Origin: Minisyncoccota bacterium
Lineage (GTDB): Bacteria > Patescibacteriota > Minisyncoccia > Phycocordibacterales > UBA918
Direction of reading: 5' to 3'
Assembly: GCA_041389025.1 (NCBI GenBank)
Contig: JAWKSP010000001.1
Span: 478,663-542,662, forward strand
Length of the DNA: 64,000 nt
Below, piece by piece: positions 1-9,879 of the stretch. The position numbers and the translations under genes are program-made. The notes under the pieces were generated by a model, which did not search any database, had not been told where the DNA came from, and saw only the letters and a program-made list of their open reading frames with translations. Each line of letters starts with the position of its first letter. Position 1 is the first letter of the stretch.

Positions 1-132
1 GATAGTTTTCCAGAAACTTTTACTCCGGATCAAGAAGCTTTATATGTAGTGGAGACAGTAGCTGGCTTTGTTGATAATAATAGTATTAAGATTGGTGATA
101 AGGTTTCTTTAAGTGAAAAAATTTTAAATTAA
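1..132 (+). CDS. 3' end (C-terminal 43 aa) of an upstream gene truncated by the window edge; product unknown
   Basis: Open frame 1 runs from position 1 to TAA at 130-132; no start inside the window. Confidence 0.3.
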   Translation, partial: DSFPETFTPDQEALYVVETVAGFVDNNSIKIGDKVSLSEKILN

Positions 133-229
133 AATAAATCAATCTCCACAACTAAATAATAAAAATTAATTCATTTTATCTTTTAGATGCTAAACTATTT
201 TAATTAGACAAAGTTAATTTTAATAAAAA

Positions 230-2212
230 ATGGAACCAGATAATAATCAACAAGATGTTTCAAATGATGCTGATGTTTTAACTAAGCCGATAACTACACC
301 AATTGCCTCACTTACCTTAGGGCTTATAACGGCTTTAGTTTTAACCACCACCTTAAATGGTTTTGTATCCTTAAAATACACTATTAACCAGTTAGCTTCT
401 CAACAAAATAGCTATGCAGCGATATCGTCGGTGGCTAAAAATAAAGTCAAAGATAATAATTCTGTCGTTAATTTAGAATCAGAGGAAACTAATAGAGTAA
501 TTGTTAAATTTAAAGACGATGCTAAATTACCACCTGGTTTGTCAGTGGCGGCCGAAAAAGCTAATTTAGAAAAGGCTCAAGGACTAAATCATGTCTTAAC
601 TATCAATGGTATTGAAGCTCAAGTTTATGAAATATCAGAAGATGATACTGCCACTGAGGTAGTGCAGAGACTCTTGGCTAAACATAAGGATGTGATCGAG
701 TACGCTGAAGTGGATATGTTGGTAGCGCCAAGTCTGGTGCCAAATGACCCTTATTATCCAAACGCTTGGCATTTACCAAAAATAGAAGCACCGGCTGCTT
801 GGGATAGTATTCAGGGTGCTAGCGTAACAGTAGCAATTCTAGATAGTGGAGCCGATCCTAATCACCCAGATTTAAATTTTGCGCCAAATGTTGGTTGGGA
901 TTTTTATTACGGTAACTCAGATTGGAGTGATGTTTATGGACATGGGACAATTGTGTCTGGAGCAGCAGTGGCTACTATGGATAATTTAGCTGGTGTAGCT
1001 GGTGTAGCCGGAAAAGCATTATTAATGCCAGTACAAGTAGCTAATGATAACGATGGTTATGCTTTTTGGAGTTCTATGACCAGCGGTATAATTTATGCTG
1101 CTGATAATGGAGCTAGGGTTGTTAACCTCAGTTTTCAAGCCTGTGATTCAAACGCTCTCTCTGACGCTGCTGGGTACATGCGCGATAGAGGTGGGGTGGT
1201 GTTGGTGGCGGCTGGCAACACCGGAACAGAATTAACTTATCCGGTTTCCACCAATATAACCTGTGTATCAGCTACCGGTTCTGGTGATACGCGTCCTAGT
1301 TGGTCTAGTTATGGAAATTATGTTGATGTAGCGGCACCTGGGGTTGGTATTTACACTACTGTTAAAGGTGGTGGATATGGTGGAGCTAGCGGTACTTCAC
1401 TATCAACTCCGGTTGTCTCCGGCGTATACGCATTAATGTTTAGTGCCAACCCTTCTCTAACTGCAGCTGAAGCTGATGCTATATTATTCCAAACCGCTCT
1501 TGATATTGGTTCTGCTGGTTGGGATATGTACTATGGTCATGGACGTGTTAATGCTTTCGCTGCAGTGCAAGCCGCTTTAAATATGCAAGGTTCTCAAGAT
1601 ACAGAAGCGCCGACTACTCCTGCAAATCTAAATGCAGACAACGTCACTGATAGGTCAGTTACTTTAAATTGGCTTAATTCTACCGACAATGTGTTGGTAA
1701 CTGGGTATAATGTTTACCGCGATGGGGAAAAGATTACTACTACTTCAAATACCAACTACACAGATGTTTCATTGAGTTCAAATTCAACATATGTTTACGA
1801 AGTTTCAGCGATCGATAAAGCCGGTAATGAATCAGCTCGAAGTGCTTCTGTTTCCGTTAATACTCTAGATGTTGCTTTTGATATAGCTGGTTATTCAGTA
1901 ATAAGTAAAAGTAATAGTGATGCCACAATTGGTGTTGATTTAACTAAGTTAGGTACTGTTACTGTTAGATACGGTACTAATAGTGGTAACTTAGATCTGT
2001 CAGTTGATAGTTCTGAGCTTAATACTAATCACTCCCTTAACTTAACCGGTCTTTCTTCTCGTACTACTTATTATTATCAAGTGATAGCTGTTGATCAATC
2101 TGGAGCTACCGTATCTTCTTCTGTATCCAGCTTCAAAACACCTAAAGGTGGAGGTGGTAGCGGAGGTGGCGGTAATAGTGGAAAGGGTAACGGAAAGCCT
2201 AGCAACCGCTAA
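230..2212 (+). CDS. Membrane-anchored subtilisin-like serine protease (peptidase S8) with C-terminal fibronectin-III-like repeats and a Gly-rich tail
   Basis: Asp/His/Ser triad motifs (VAILDSGAD, HGTIVSGAA, GTSLSTPVVSG). N-terminal hydrophobic anchor. C-terminal repeated beta-rich segments (TLNWLNSTDNVLVTGYNVYRDG...) and a GGGGSGGGGNSGKGNGK tail. Confidence 0.8.
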   Translation: MEPDNNQQDVSNDADVLTKPITTPIASLTLGLITALVLTTTLNGFVSLKYTINQLASQQNSYAAISSVAKNKVKDNNSVVNLESEETNRVIVKFKDDAKLPPGLSVAAEKANLEKAQGLNHVLTINGIEAQVYEISEDDTATEVVQRLLAKHKDVIEYAEVDMLVAPSLVPNDPYYPNAWHLPKIEAPAAWDSIQGASVTVAILDSGADPNHPDLNFAPNVGWDFYYGNSDWSDVYGHGTIVSGAAVATMDNLAGVAGVAGKALLMPVQVANDNDGYAFWSSMTSGIIYAADNGARVVNLSFQACDSNALSDAAGYMRDRGGVVLVAAGNTGTELTYPVSTNITCVSATGSGDTRPSWSSYGNYVDVAAPGVGIYTTVKGGGYGGASGTSLSTPVVSGVYALMFSANPSLTAAEADAILFQTALDIGSAGWDMYYGHGRVNAFAAVQAALNMQGSQDTEAPTTPANLNADNVTDRSVTLNWLNSTDNVLVTGYNVYRDGEKITTTSNTNYTDVSLSSNSTYVYEVSAIDKAGNESARSASVSVNTLDVAFDIAGYSVISKSNSDATIGVDLTKLGTVTVRYGTNSGNLDLSVDSSELNTNHSLNLTGLSSRTTYYYQVIAVDQSGATVSSSVSSFKTPKGGGGSGGGGNSGKGNGKPSNR

Positions 2213-2240
2213 TTATTTCAGATACACAAATAACATAAAA

Positions 2241-2266
2241 CACAAAAGTCCTGTAGGACTTTTGTG
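2241..2266 (+). terminator. Rho-independent terminator of the S8 protease gene
   Basis: Perfect hairpin cacaaaagtcc-tgt-aggacttttgtg followed by a T-run. Confidence 0.6.
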
Positions 2267-2289
2267 TTTTATGTGTTATAATAATAAAA

Positions 2290-2836
2290 GTGTGGTGGTT
2301 GCCCAGCCCTACTTTTTTCAATTACAATTATTTTAATAGTAATTGAAAAAAGTAGAGCTGGGAGGAAAGTCCGAACACGTCCCAGCTCTACTTTTTGTTG
2401 TTATTTATCATTCGTTACCATTTTTTGATTAATTGGTTATGTAATTGATGAGATAATTGAAAAAAGTAGGGCTGGGAGCAGAGTAGCGGGTAATTCCCGT
2501 CGCTAAGCCGTACTTTTGTAAATTTTAATTTGCATGCAAATTAAAATTTACAAAAATGGCACAAGGCTAGAGGTGCGAGCAGAGACGTCGGAAGCTAAAG
2601 CGAACGAATTCCTTATGGGAATAGCTTGAGTAGTAATACTTAAGGTGAAACGGCAAAATCCTTACTTGCGTGCAAGGCCGTGCCCAACCTCACTTTTTTA
2701 TTTTTATTGAATTTTAATAAAAATAAAAAAGTGAGGTTGGGAGAGCCGCTAGAGGTAAATGGTAACATTTATCCCAGAAATATAACCATCCTGATTATTT
2801 AATATATTCAGACAGAATTCGGCTTATACACTAAGT
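2290..2836 (+). ncRNA. rnpB: RNase P RNA (bacterial type A-like) carrying three long perfect hairpin expansions
   Basis: Universal RNase P motifs occur in the correct order and spacing. GGAGGAAAGTCCGAAC (P4 5' strand, 2361-2376). TAGGGCTGGGAGCAGAGTAGCGGGTAATTCCCG (P5-P7-like). AAGGTGAAACGGC (J11/12-P12 GGGUGAAA-like, 2642-2654). GCTAGAGGTAAATGGTAAC...CAGACAGAATTCGGCTTAT (P18/P4 3' strand, 2809-2826). Ends are approximate. Confidence 0.65.
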
Positions 2837-2837
2837 A

Positions 2838-2862
2838 AAAACTCCCGTCAGGGAGTTTTTAC
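2838..2862 (+). terminator. Terminator hairpin downstream of rnpB
   Basis: aaaaactccc-tgac-gggagttttt followed by acttatg. Confidence 0.5.
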
Positions 2863-2886
2863 TTATGCTAAAATATATAAGTTATT

Positions 2887-5406
2887 ATGGAAGAAAATAT
2901 ATTTACACCAAAGGTAAATTCTGTTAAGCAAAGTTCTTTAACAGATTTTTTATATAATTTTGCTAAGTTAGCTTTTGTGGCAACTATTGGTTTGCTTCCT
3001 GTTTGGTTTGTACCAGAAGTCTACACTTCATTAGGTTTTACTAAATCATATTTTGCACTGTCAGGTTTAGTTTTAATCCTTATTTTACTAAGCTTGTACA
3101 CATTTAGAAATGGGACACTAAGACTGTCACTACCTGTATCTGTCATTATTTTAGGTTTCTTTGTGTTGACTTCTCTTGTTTCGGCTTTACTGTCGGGAGA
3201 CAGGACAGATGCTATTTTGGGTGATAATTTTGAAATTCATACTGTCGGTTTTTTTATTTTGTTGTTTATTACATTAGTTGTTGGTTTTATCTTTGGTAAA
3301 GATAAGGTAGTTATAAATAAACTTTTTACTTTTCTTAGTGTTGCAACCTTAGTATTACTTATCACACAGGTTTTACGTCTATTTTTGGGTCCTGAATTTT
3401 TATCTTTTTCATTATTTGTGTCTGAGACTCACTCGTATTTTGGTAGTTTTAATGATTTGGCTCTATTGGCTGGACTAGTAGTTGTCGTATCCTTGATGGT
3501 TTTACAAAATGTTTATAAAAGTATTGTCAGTAAGCTATATTTAATTACTGCAATTTTGTTGTCTTTACTAATCATGTCAGTAGTTAATTTCTATCTGGTT
3601 TGGTTAGTGGTTGGGATTTTTTCTTTGGTTTTATTGTTACAACAATTATCTACAGACACTTGGTTTGGAAGTAAAGATAAAAAACCATTATCAAAATTTA
3701 ATACGACGTTAACTTTTATTGTGGCTTTAACTTCATTTATTTTCATAATTATCGGAAGTTATGTTGGAGAAAAGATTATTTCTAAAACTGGAATTAACTA
3801 TCTTGAAATAAGACCTTCTTTTAGTACAACAGTAAATCTGGCTAATAATGTATTTGAATATGATGCCCTTTTAGGAGTTGGTCCTAATCGATTTTCTGAC
3901 GCTTGGCGTCTTTATAAGGATCCAATGATTAACCAGACTGAATTTTGGAATACTGACTTCAATGCTGGTAGTAGTTTTTTATCCACTCTATTTGTGACTA
4001 CCGGAATACTTGGTGGATTGTTATTTATATTTTTTATTCTCTCTTTCTTATATTCCGGATACCGAACTTTGTTTAAAAACGAACTAGAAGAATACTGGTA
4101 TAAAATCGGTGTTGTTTCTTATGTGGTGTCCTTGTATCTTTGGGTTATGACTATTTTATATGTTCCAAGTAGTAGTGTACTGTTATTAACAGCTACTTTT
4201 ACCGGAATGGCTTTAGCGGTTTATATAAAATCAAAAAAAGATAAGTCTGTAACCATAGATATAAATGCAGTTGTGAATAAACATCAGGGTGTTTTGTTGA
4301 TTGTGATTTTACTAATCACTAATATAGCTATGATTTATTCTTACATTGTGGTTACTAAACAATATTTAGCTCAAACTACATACGCTAAAACTTTGTTAAA
4401 TTACAGTTCTTATAATGAGACAGATATAGATTTAGTCCTACAGAAATCTCAAACATGGTTTGCACAGGATACTTTTGTAGCTGAGCGGGCAAAATTAAAA
4501 TTGGCTAAAGTTAATAGTCTTTTGTCTATACAAGAACCAACTAAAGAACAGGAAGAGGAATTTAGAGTTACCTTAGCTTCTGGAGTGGCTTTGACTGAGC
4601 GGGCAATTATTTTGGATCCAACCAATCCTTATAACCACGCATTATTGGCAAGTTTTTATGCTCTTTTAAATCCACCTAAAGACAGTGATATTTCGATAAA
4701 AAAAGAAACTGAATTAAATCAACTGTTTACTTTAGATCCAACTAATCCGAGTCATTATGTTTTGTTTGCTCAGCTATCGGCTCGGTTTGGTGACGCCTCA
4801 ACTACCAGACTGTATCTAAATAAGGCTATTAACCTTAAGAATGATTATACTGAAGCTTTATTTTTATTATCACAGCTGGATATTGCCGAGGGTAACACAG
4901 AGTCAGCTATAAAGACTACTAGAACCATTGCAAATGTAGAATCGAGCAATCCTACTAGACAGTTTCAATTAGGTATTCTATTATCCGCTAGTAATGATAT
5001 AGATGGAGCGATAAAGGCATTTGAACGAGCGATTGCTTTAGATAATAATTACGCCAACGCTCGTTATTTTTTAGCACTATCTTATCTTGATAAGGGAGAG
5101 AAGATGATGGCTTTAGAACAGTTAAACTTAATTTTGGTTTCTAATCCTGATAATGAATCTTTAAAGCAAGTGATTAAAAATATTGAGGATGATAATTTTT
5201 CAAGTATCAACCAAGATCTTGGAGTTCCGGTTGAAGATGTTGATTTAGTTAATCAAGAAGAGGACGTAACTGTTTCTTCTAAATTTCCAGATACAGATTT
5301 GGTTACCTCTTTAAATCAGGGGGCGACACAAGAACAAGTAGTTGAAAAGGAAGCAGTAAATGATCCTGTAGTACCTGAAACTAAAAATGAGACAGATGAG
5401 TTGTAA
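2887..5406 (+). CDS. Polytopic membrane protein (O-antigen ligase/Wzy_C-like N-terminal region, ~12 TM) with a C-terminal TPR-repeat domain
   Basis: ~450 aa of repeated hydrophobic helices followed by ~350 aa of TPR-like repeats (AxxxxxAL, NxxYAxARYFLALSYL). This architecture is commonly annotated O-antigen ligase family + TPR. Confidence 0.55.
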   Translation: MEENIFTPKVNSVKQSSLTDFLYNFAKLAFVATIGLLPVWFVPEVYTSLGFTKSYFALSGLVLILILLSLYTFRNGTLRLSLPVSVIILGFFVLTSLVSALLSGDRTDAILGDNFEIHTVGFFILLFITLVVGFIFGKDKVVINKLFTFLSVATLVLLITQVLRLFLGPEFLSFSLFVSETHSYFGSFNDLALLAGLVVVVSLMVLQNVYKSIVSKLYLITAILLSLLIMSVVNFYLVWLVVGIFSLVLLLQQLSTDTWFGSKDKKPLSKFNTTLTFIVALTSFIFIIIGSYVGEKIISKTGINYLEIRPSFSTTVNLANNVFEYDALLGVGPNRFSDAWRLYKDPMINQTEFWNTDFNAGSSFLSTLFVTTGILGGLLFIFFILSFLYSGYRTLFKNELEEYWYKIGVVSYVVSLYLWVMTILYVPSSSVLLLTATFTGMALAVYIKSKKDKSVTIDINAVVNKHQGVLLIVILLITNIAMIYSYIVVTKQYLAQTTYAKTLLNYSSYNETDIDLVLQKSQTWFAQDTFVAERAKLKLAKVNSLLSIQEPTKEQEEEFRVTLASGVALTERAIILDPTNPYNHALLASFYALLNPPKDSDISIKKETELNQLFTLDPTNPSHYVLFAQLSARFGDASTTRLYLNKAINLKNDYTEALFLLSQLDIAEGNTESAIKTTRTIANVESSNPTRQFQLGILLSASNDIDGAIKAFERAIALDNNYANARYFLALSYLDKGEKMMALEQLNLILVSNPDNESLKQVIKNIEDDNFSSINQDLGVPVEDVDLVNQEEDVTVSSKFPDTDLVTSLNQGATQEQVVEKEAVNDPVVPETKNETDEL

Positions 5407-5412
5407 AATTTT

Positions 5413-7077
5413 ATGGTAAGACGGGTTTTAAGATTTGTTTATAGTGAAATACGTGGTTTACATCAAGCGGCTTATCTGCTGGCTTTATTTGCAGTTGGTT
5501 CGCAACTCTTAGCTTTGGTCAGGGATCGACTTTTAGCTCATAATTTTGGAGCCGGTAATGAACTGGACTTATACTATACTGCTTTTCGTATTCCTGACTT
5601 ATTATATGCTTTGTTTGCTTCTGTCCTTTCTGTCTACGTACTTTTACCATTCGTAACCAAAGCTAAAGAAGAAAAAGGAATAAAAGCAGGATCTAATATT
5701 TTAGGTCAGATGTTTACGATTTTTACTATCTCGTATTCCGTTGTGGCTTTACTAATTTTTATTTTCGCTCCTTTTTTAGTAAAAGTTCTGTTTCCAGGTT
5801 TAGTTGATGGTAATGAAACATTAGTTTTGTTGTTGAGAGTTTTAATGATACAACCATTTTTGTTAGGTGTATCAAGTTTATTAAACGTCGTTACACAATT
5901 TTCACAACGTTTTGTTCTCTATGCTGTTAGCCCACTTATCTATAATCTAGGTATAATTATCGGTATTTTAGGTTTTTATCCTATTTTTGGTTTACTTGGT
6001 TTGGTAGTTGGTGTGGTCTTAGGAGCGCTTGGACACATGCTTATTCAGTTGCCACATGTTCTAAAAAGTGAGCTATCATTTAAGTTTGTAACAAAATTAG
6101 ACTTTTATTTACTGAGGTCAATTTTTTTAGTAGCTATACCAAGAGCTTTGACTCTGTCGATACACCAAATAATTCTATTAGTTTTAACCGGAATGGCGAC
6201 AGTTATGGCTGTTGGTTCTGTATCAGTATTTCAGTTGGCCTTTAATTTGCAGTCAGTTCCTTTGGCGGTTATTGGAGTAAGCTATTCGGTAGCAGCTTTT
6301 CCGGTTTTGGCTAACTTGTTTGCTCAAAATAAACGTGATGTCTTTAATATTCATGTTTATACTGCTCTTAGACATATTATTTTTTGGTCTATACCAATAG
6401 TAGCTTTGGTGGTTGTACTTAGGGCACAAATAGTTAGAGTTATTTTAGGAAGCGGTTCGTTTGATTGGAACGACACGAGATTAACGGCAGCTATGCTGGC
6501 TTTATTTACAGTCTCATTGACCGCTCAATCATTTATGTTGTTATTAATTAGAACTTTCTATGCTGGTGGAAATACTAAGCTACCTTTATACATAGCTTTA
6601 ACTGGAGCAACAACGGCTATTGTTTCTGCTTTTGTTTTGGTCGATATGTTCAATAATGTCCCAGAATTCAAGCATTTATTGGAAAGCCTATTTAGACTTG
6701 AGGGAACCTCGGGTACAGAAGTGTTTGTCTTAGCTTTGGCTTTTGTAGCTGGAGTCACGATAGAAATGATTTTAGCTATTACAATTGCAACATCTGTCTT
6801 TAAATTAAAGTGGCAAGGAATTGGTCAACAATTAGTTGATGCGACTTTGGCCGCTTTGGTGGCTGGCTTGTCGGCTTATGCCACGCTCTTGTTTATTGTC
6901 GACGGAGTTAATCAAGAAACTTTTGTTGGGATTTTGTTGCAAGGATCTATTGCAGGTTTAATCGGTATTCTTGGAGCTTTTCTAGTCTATCATTGGCTTG
7001 ATTCTAAGGAACTAAAAGAAATTACCAGCTCATTTCAGTCAAGGCTGGCAAAAAAAGATACAATTGGACCACAATAA
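5413..7077 (+). CDS. murJ: Lipid II flippase MurJ (MviN family)
   Basis: 14-TM protein. N-terminal MurJ signature (LLALVRDRLLAHNFGAGNELDLYYTAFRIPDLLYALF). ~550 aa. Confidence 0.8.
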   Translation: MVRRVLRFVYSEIRGLHQAAYLLALFAVGSQLLALVRDRLLAHNFGAGNELDLYYTAFRIPDLLYALFASVLSVYVLLPFVTKAKEEKGIKAGSNILGQMFTIFTISYSVVALLIFIFAPFLVKVLFPGLVDGNETLVLLLRVLMIQPFLLGVSSLLNVVTQFSQRFVLYAVSPLIYNLGIIIGILGFYPIFGLLGLVVGVVLGALGHMLIQLPHVLKSELSFKFVTKLDFYLLRSIFLVAIPRALTLSIHQIILLVLTGMATVMAVGSVSVFQLAFNLQSVPLAVIGVSYSVAAFPVLANLFAQNKRDVFNIHVYTALRHIIFWSIPIVALVVVLRAQIVRVILGSGSFDWNDTRLTAAMLALFTVSLTAQSFMLLLIRTFYAGGNTKLPLYIALTGATTAIVSAFVLVDMFNNVPEFKHLLESLFRLEGTSGTEVFVLALAFVAGVTIEMILAITIATSVFKLKWQGIGQQLVDATLAALVAGLSAYATLLFIVDGVNQETFVGILLQGSIAGLIGILGAFLVYHWLDSKELKEITSSFQSRLAKKDTIGPQ

Positions 7078-7132
7078 TCAAGGTCTGGTTTTTGCGGTGA
7101 TAGTAAGGTAGAGTACAGAGATAAATTTAGTT

Positions 7133-8926
7133 ATGGCAAGACAAATCAGAAATTTTAGTATTATTGCTCACATTGATCATGGGAAGTCTACCTTGGCTGA
7201 TCGCATGCTTGAATTAACCAAGACAGTTGAGGCTAGAAAAATGAAAAACCAAGTACTTGATTCTATGGAATTGGAGCGTGAACGTGGAATCACTATCAAA
7301 ATGCAACCGGTAAAAATGAATTATCATTTAGATGGACAGGATTATGATTTGAATCTGATTGATACACCGGGGCATATAGATTTTTCTTATGAGGTATCAC
7401 GAGCTTTAAAGGCAGTAGAGGGCGTACTACTTTTAGTTGATAGTACACAAGGAGTGCAAGCACAAACATTGACTACTTTGCAAATGGCTAAAGACCAAGG
7501 TCTTAAAATTATTCCGGTGTTGACCAAGATAGATGTTTCTCATTCTAGGGTGGAGGAGGTTTCAGAAGAAGTAATAGATTTACTTGGTTGTGATAAAGCT
7601 GAAATTATGACTGTGTCTGGTAAAACTGGAGCTGGGGTGGATGAACTTTTACGCCGGATTTGCTTGGATATACCACCACCGGAATTGAGTAAGCAAAATG
7701 ATTATCGTGGTTTAATTTTTGATTTTCAGTATTCCAGTCATCGTGGAATTATTATCTTTATGCGGGTGTTTGATGGAATTGTAAAGAAGGGTGATATTTT
7801 AAAATTTAATGCTAGCGGTCGCGATTTTACTGCCCTTGAGGTAGGGGTAGTAAGACCTGAGGAAACGCCGGTTGATAGCCTTGCGGCTGGTGATATCGGT
7901 TATATTGTAACTGGTATAAAAGAACCGGGAGTAGCGATGGTAGGCGATACTTTAACTTTCAGTAAGAGTACCACTCCTTCCTTGTCTGGTTATATGGAAG
8001 CACGGCCGGTGGTGTGGGCCTCTATTTTTCCTAATGACCAAGATGATTTTACTATCCTAAGACAGTCACTTGAGCGACTAAGATTATCAGATTCTTCTTT
8101 ATCGTATGAAGAAGAATCATCTGGTGTGTTGGGACGAGGCTTTCGTTGTGGTTTTTTAGGTATGCTTCATTTGGAGATAATTGCTGAGCGACTTCGTCGG
8201 GAGTTTAAAGTAGAGATAATCATCACCGCGCCATCGATTGCTTATGAGGTGACGAACGATAAAGGGGAAGTGGAACAAATATATGCTGCTTCACGATTCC
8301 CTGATTATGGTGAGAAATTTAGTGTTCGTGAACCATGGGTTTTAGGACAGATAATTCTACCACCTGAATATGTTGGGGCAGTTATGACTTTGTTATATGA
8401 ACATGAAGCACAAGTAATAGACACTGAGGTATTTGGTGATGGGCGTAATCTTGTTTCTCTGGAGATGCCGCTTCGTGAATTAATGAGAAATTTTTTTGAT
8501 AAACTTAAAAATGTTACCAGTGGCTATGGATCACTATCTTATGAGATAGCTGAAATGAGATCGGCTGAAGTAGTGCGTCTAGATGTTTTAGTAGCAGAAG
8601 AGTTGGTACCGGCTTTTTCTCGAGTGGTTGGCGAAAAACGAGTGGAGTATGATGCTCGAGCAATGGTGGAAAAATTATATAATACTTTACCAAGACAACA
8701 ATTTGTTACCAAGATACAGGCAAAAGTAAAAGGAAAGATTGTTGCTTCAAGAACTTTGTCAGCTCTTAAGAAAGATGTAACCGGACATTTGTATGGTGGT
8801 GATATTACTAGAAAAATGAAACTGCGAGAAAATCAAAAGGCCGGTAAAAAACGAATGCTGGAAAGAGGAAAAGGGAAGGTGCAGATACCACAAGAAGTTT
8901 TTATGAAGATGGTAAAGAGTGAGTAG
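7133..8926 (+). CDS. lepA: Translation elongation factor 4 (LepA)
   Basis: N-terminus IRNFSIIAHIDHGKSTLADRMLE. GTPase motifs (DTPGH, TKID). LepA-specific C-terminal domain. 597 aa. Confidence 0.92.
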   Translation: MARQIRNFSIIAHIDHGKSTLADRMLELTKTVEARKMKNQVLDSMELERERGITIKMQPVKMNYHLDGQDYDLNLIDTPGHIDFSYEVSRALKAVEGVLLLVDSTQGVQAQTLTTLQMAKDQGLKIIPVLTKIDVSHSRVEEVSEEVIDLLGCDKAEIMTVSGKTGAGVDELLRRICLDIPPPELSKQNDYRGLIFDFQYSSHRGIIIFMRVFDGIVKKGDILKFNASGRDFTALEVGVVRPEETPVDSLAAGDIGYIVTGIKEPGVAMVGDTLTFSKSTTPSLSGYMEARPVVWASIFPNDQDDFTILRQSLERLRLSDSSLSYEEESSGVLGRGFRCGFLGMLHLEIIAERLRREFKVEIIITAPSIAYEVTNDKGEVEQIYAASRFPDYGEKFSVREPWVLGQIILPPEYVGAVMTLLYEHEAQVIDTEVFGDGRNLVSLEMPLRELMRNFFDKLKNVTSGYGSLSYEIAEMRSAEVVRLDVLVAEELVPAFSRVVGEKRVEYDARAMVEKLYNTLPRQQFVTKIQAKVKGKIVASRTLSALKKDVTGHLYGGDITRKMKLRENQKAGKKRMLERGKGKVQIPQEVFMKMVKSE

Positions 8927-9075
8927 CTGGTTGTGCTGAAAACATGTTTCCACTACCGGAAAAAACAAATATCATACTTAGGATTAAAAGTACTGCAATA
9001 AAAGTCCATACCCACTTAATAATAGTTTTACCTCGTTTAGAAAAAAGTATACTCATAATGTTAGAATATTAGCAT

Positions 9076-9456
9076 ATGTTTGATTTTCAGCAAAAGCGTA
9101 AGCTGCGATCGGTTTTTAACTCTAGAATAACTCAAGTTGTTCTGATTATCCTGATTCTTTTTATGTCATGGAGTGCTTACGGACGTTTTTTGGTAGCTAA
9201 GGAGATGTCAGAAAAAAGAGTTATTTTGGAAAAAGAAATAACTAAACTGGAAGAAAGACAAAAAAGTTTAAGTGAAGAAGTTGAGTATATTTCCAGTGAA
9301 AGAGGAATGGAAGCCGAAATTAGACGACAATTTGATGTTGCACGTAAAGGAGAGCAGGTGGTGGTAATAATGGAAGATGAGGATGTGGCCACTACAGTTG
9401 AGCCTTTACCAAAAACCGAAAAAGAAGCATCAAGACCATGGTATAAATTTTGGTAA
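9076..9456 (+). CDS. Septum formation initiator family protein (FtsB/DivIC-like)
   Basis: Single N-terminal TM, then a coiled coil and an RRQFDVARKGEQVVVI C-terminal motif typical of FtsB/DivIC. 126 aa. Confidence 0.55.
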   Translation: MFDFQQKRKLRSVFNSRITQVVLIILILFMSWSAYGRFLVAKEMSEKRVILEKEITKLEERQKSLSEEVEYISSERGMEAEIRRQFDVARKGEQVVVIMEDEDVATTVEPLPKTEKEASRPWYKFW

Positions 9457-9521
9457 GACAAAGTGTCATTATTTTACATAATAGTGTAAAATATAAAGTA
9501 TTAGAAAATTTAAAAAAAATT

Positions 9522-9767
9522 ATGAACAAATCAGTAACTATTTATAGCACCCCAACTTGTCATTTTTGCCATGCGGCTAAAGATTTTTTTCAAGCCAATA
9601 ATATTGAATTTACTGAACATGATGTGGCAGCCGATGCTGAAAAAAGAGAAGAAATGGTGGCTATGACTGGGCAAATGGGGGTACCGGTAATCAAGATTGG
9701 TGATGATATTGTGGTTGGTTTTGATGAAGCTAAAGTCAAAGAGTTGATTGAAAGCAGTAACGAATAA
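9522..9767 (+). CDS. Glutaredoxin-like protein (NrdH/Grx family)
   Basis: CHFC active site in YSTPTCHFCHAAKDFF. GVPVIKIGDDIVVGFD fold motif. ATG at 9522 chosen over the upstream in-frame start because it avoids overlap with ftsB-like. Confidence 0.75.
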   Translation: MNKSVTIYSTPTCHFCHAAKDFFQANNIEFTEHDVAADAEKREEMVAMTGQMGVPVIKIGDDIVVGFDEAKVKELIESSNE

Positions 9768-9797
9768 TCAAAAAAGTAGCTTAGTTAAAATTAATAT

Positions 9798-9830
9798 AAA
9801 AGCCCCGCGCCGTAGGCGCGGGCTTTTATA
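9798..9830. terminator. GC-rich bidirectional terminator between convergent genes
   Basis: aaagccccgcgcc-gtag-gcgcgggcttttat; a sharp GC spike in AT-rich surroundings. Confidence 0.6.
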
Positions 9831-9879
9831 TTACATATTAAATAAAAAAGAACCCACTTAAAATATTTTAAGTGGGGTG

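Noticed and set aside
2091-2336. 81-aa ORF overlapping the protease 3' end, its terminator and the start of rnpB
   Set aside because: Lies across a terminator hairpin and structured RNA, and reads through the Gly-rich tail of the protease on another frame; no coding signal.
6558-6758. 66-aa antisense ORF within murJ
   Set aside because: Shadow ORF inside a well-supported membrane-protein gene.
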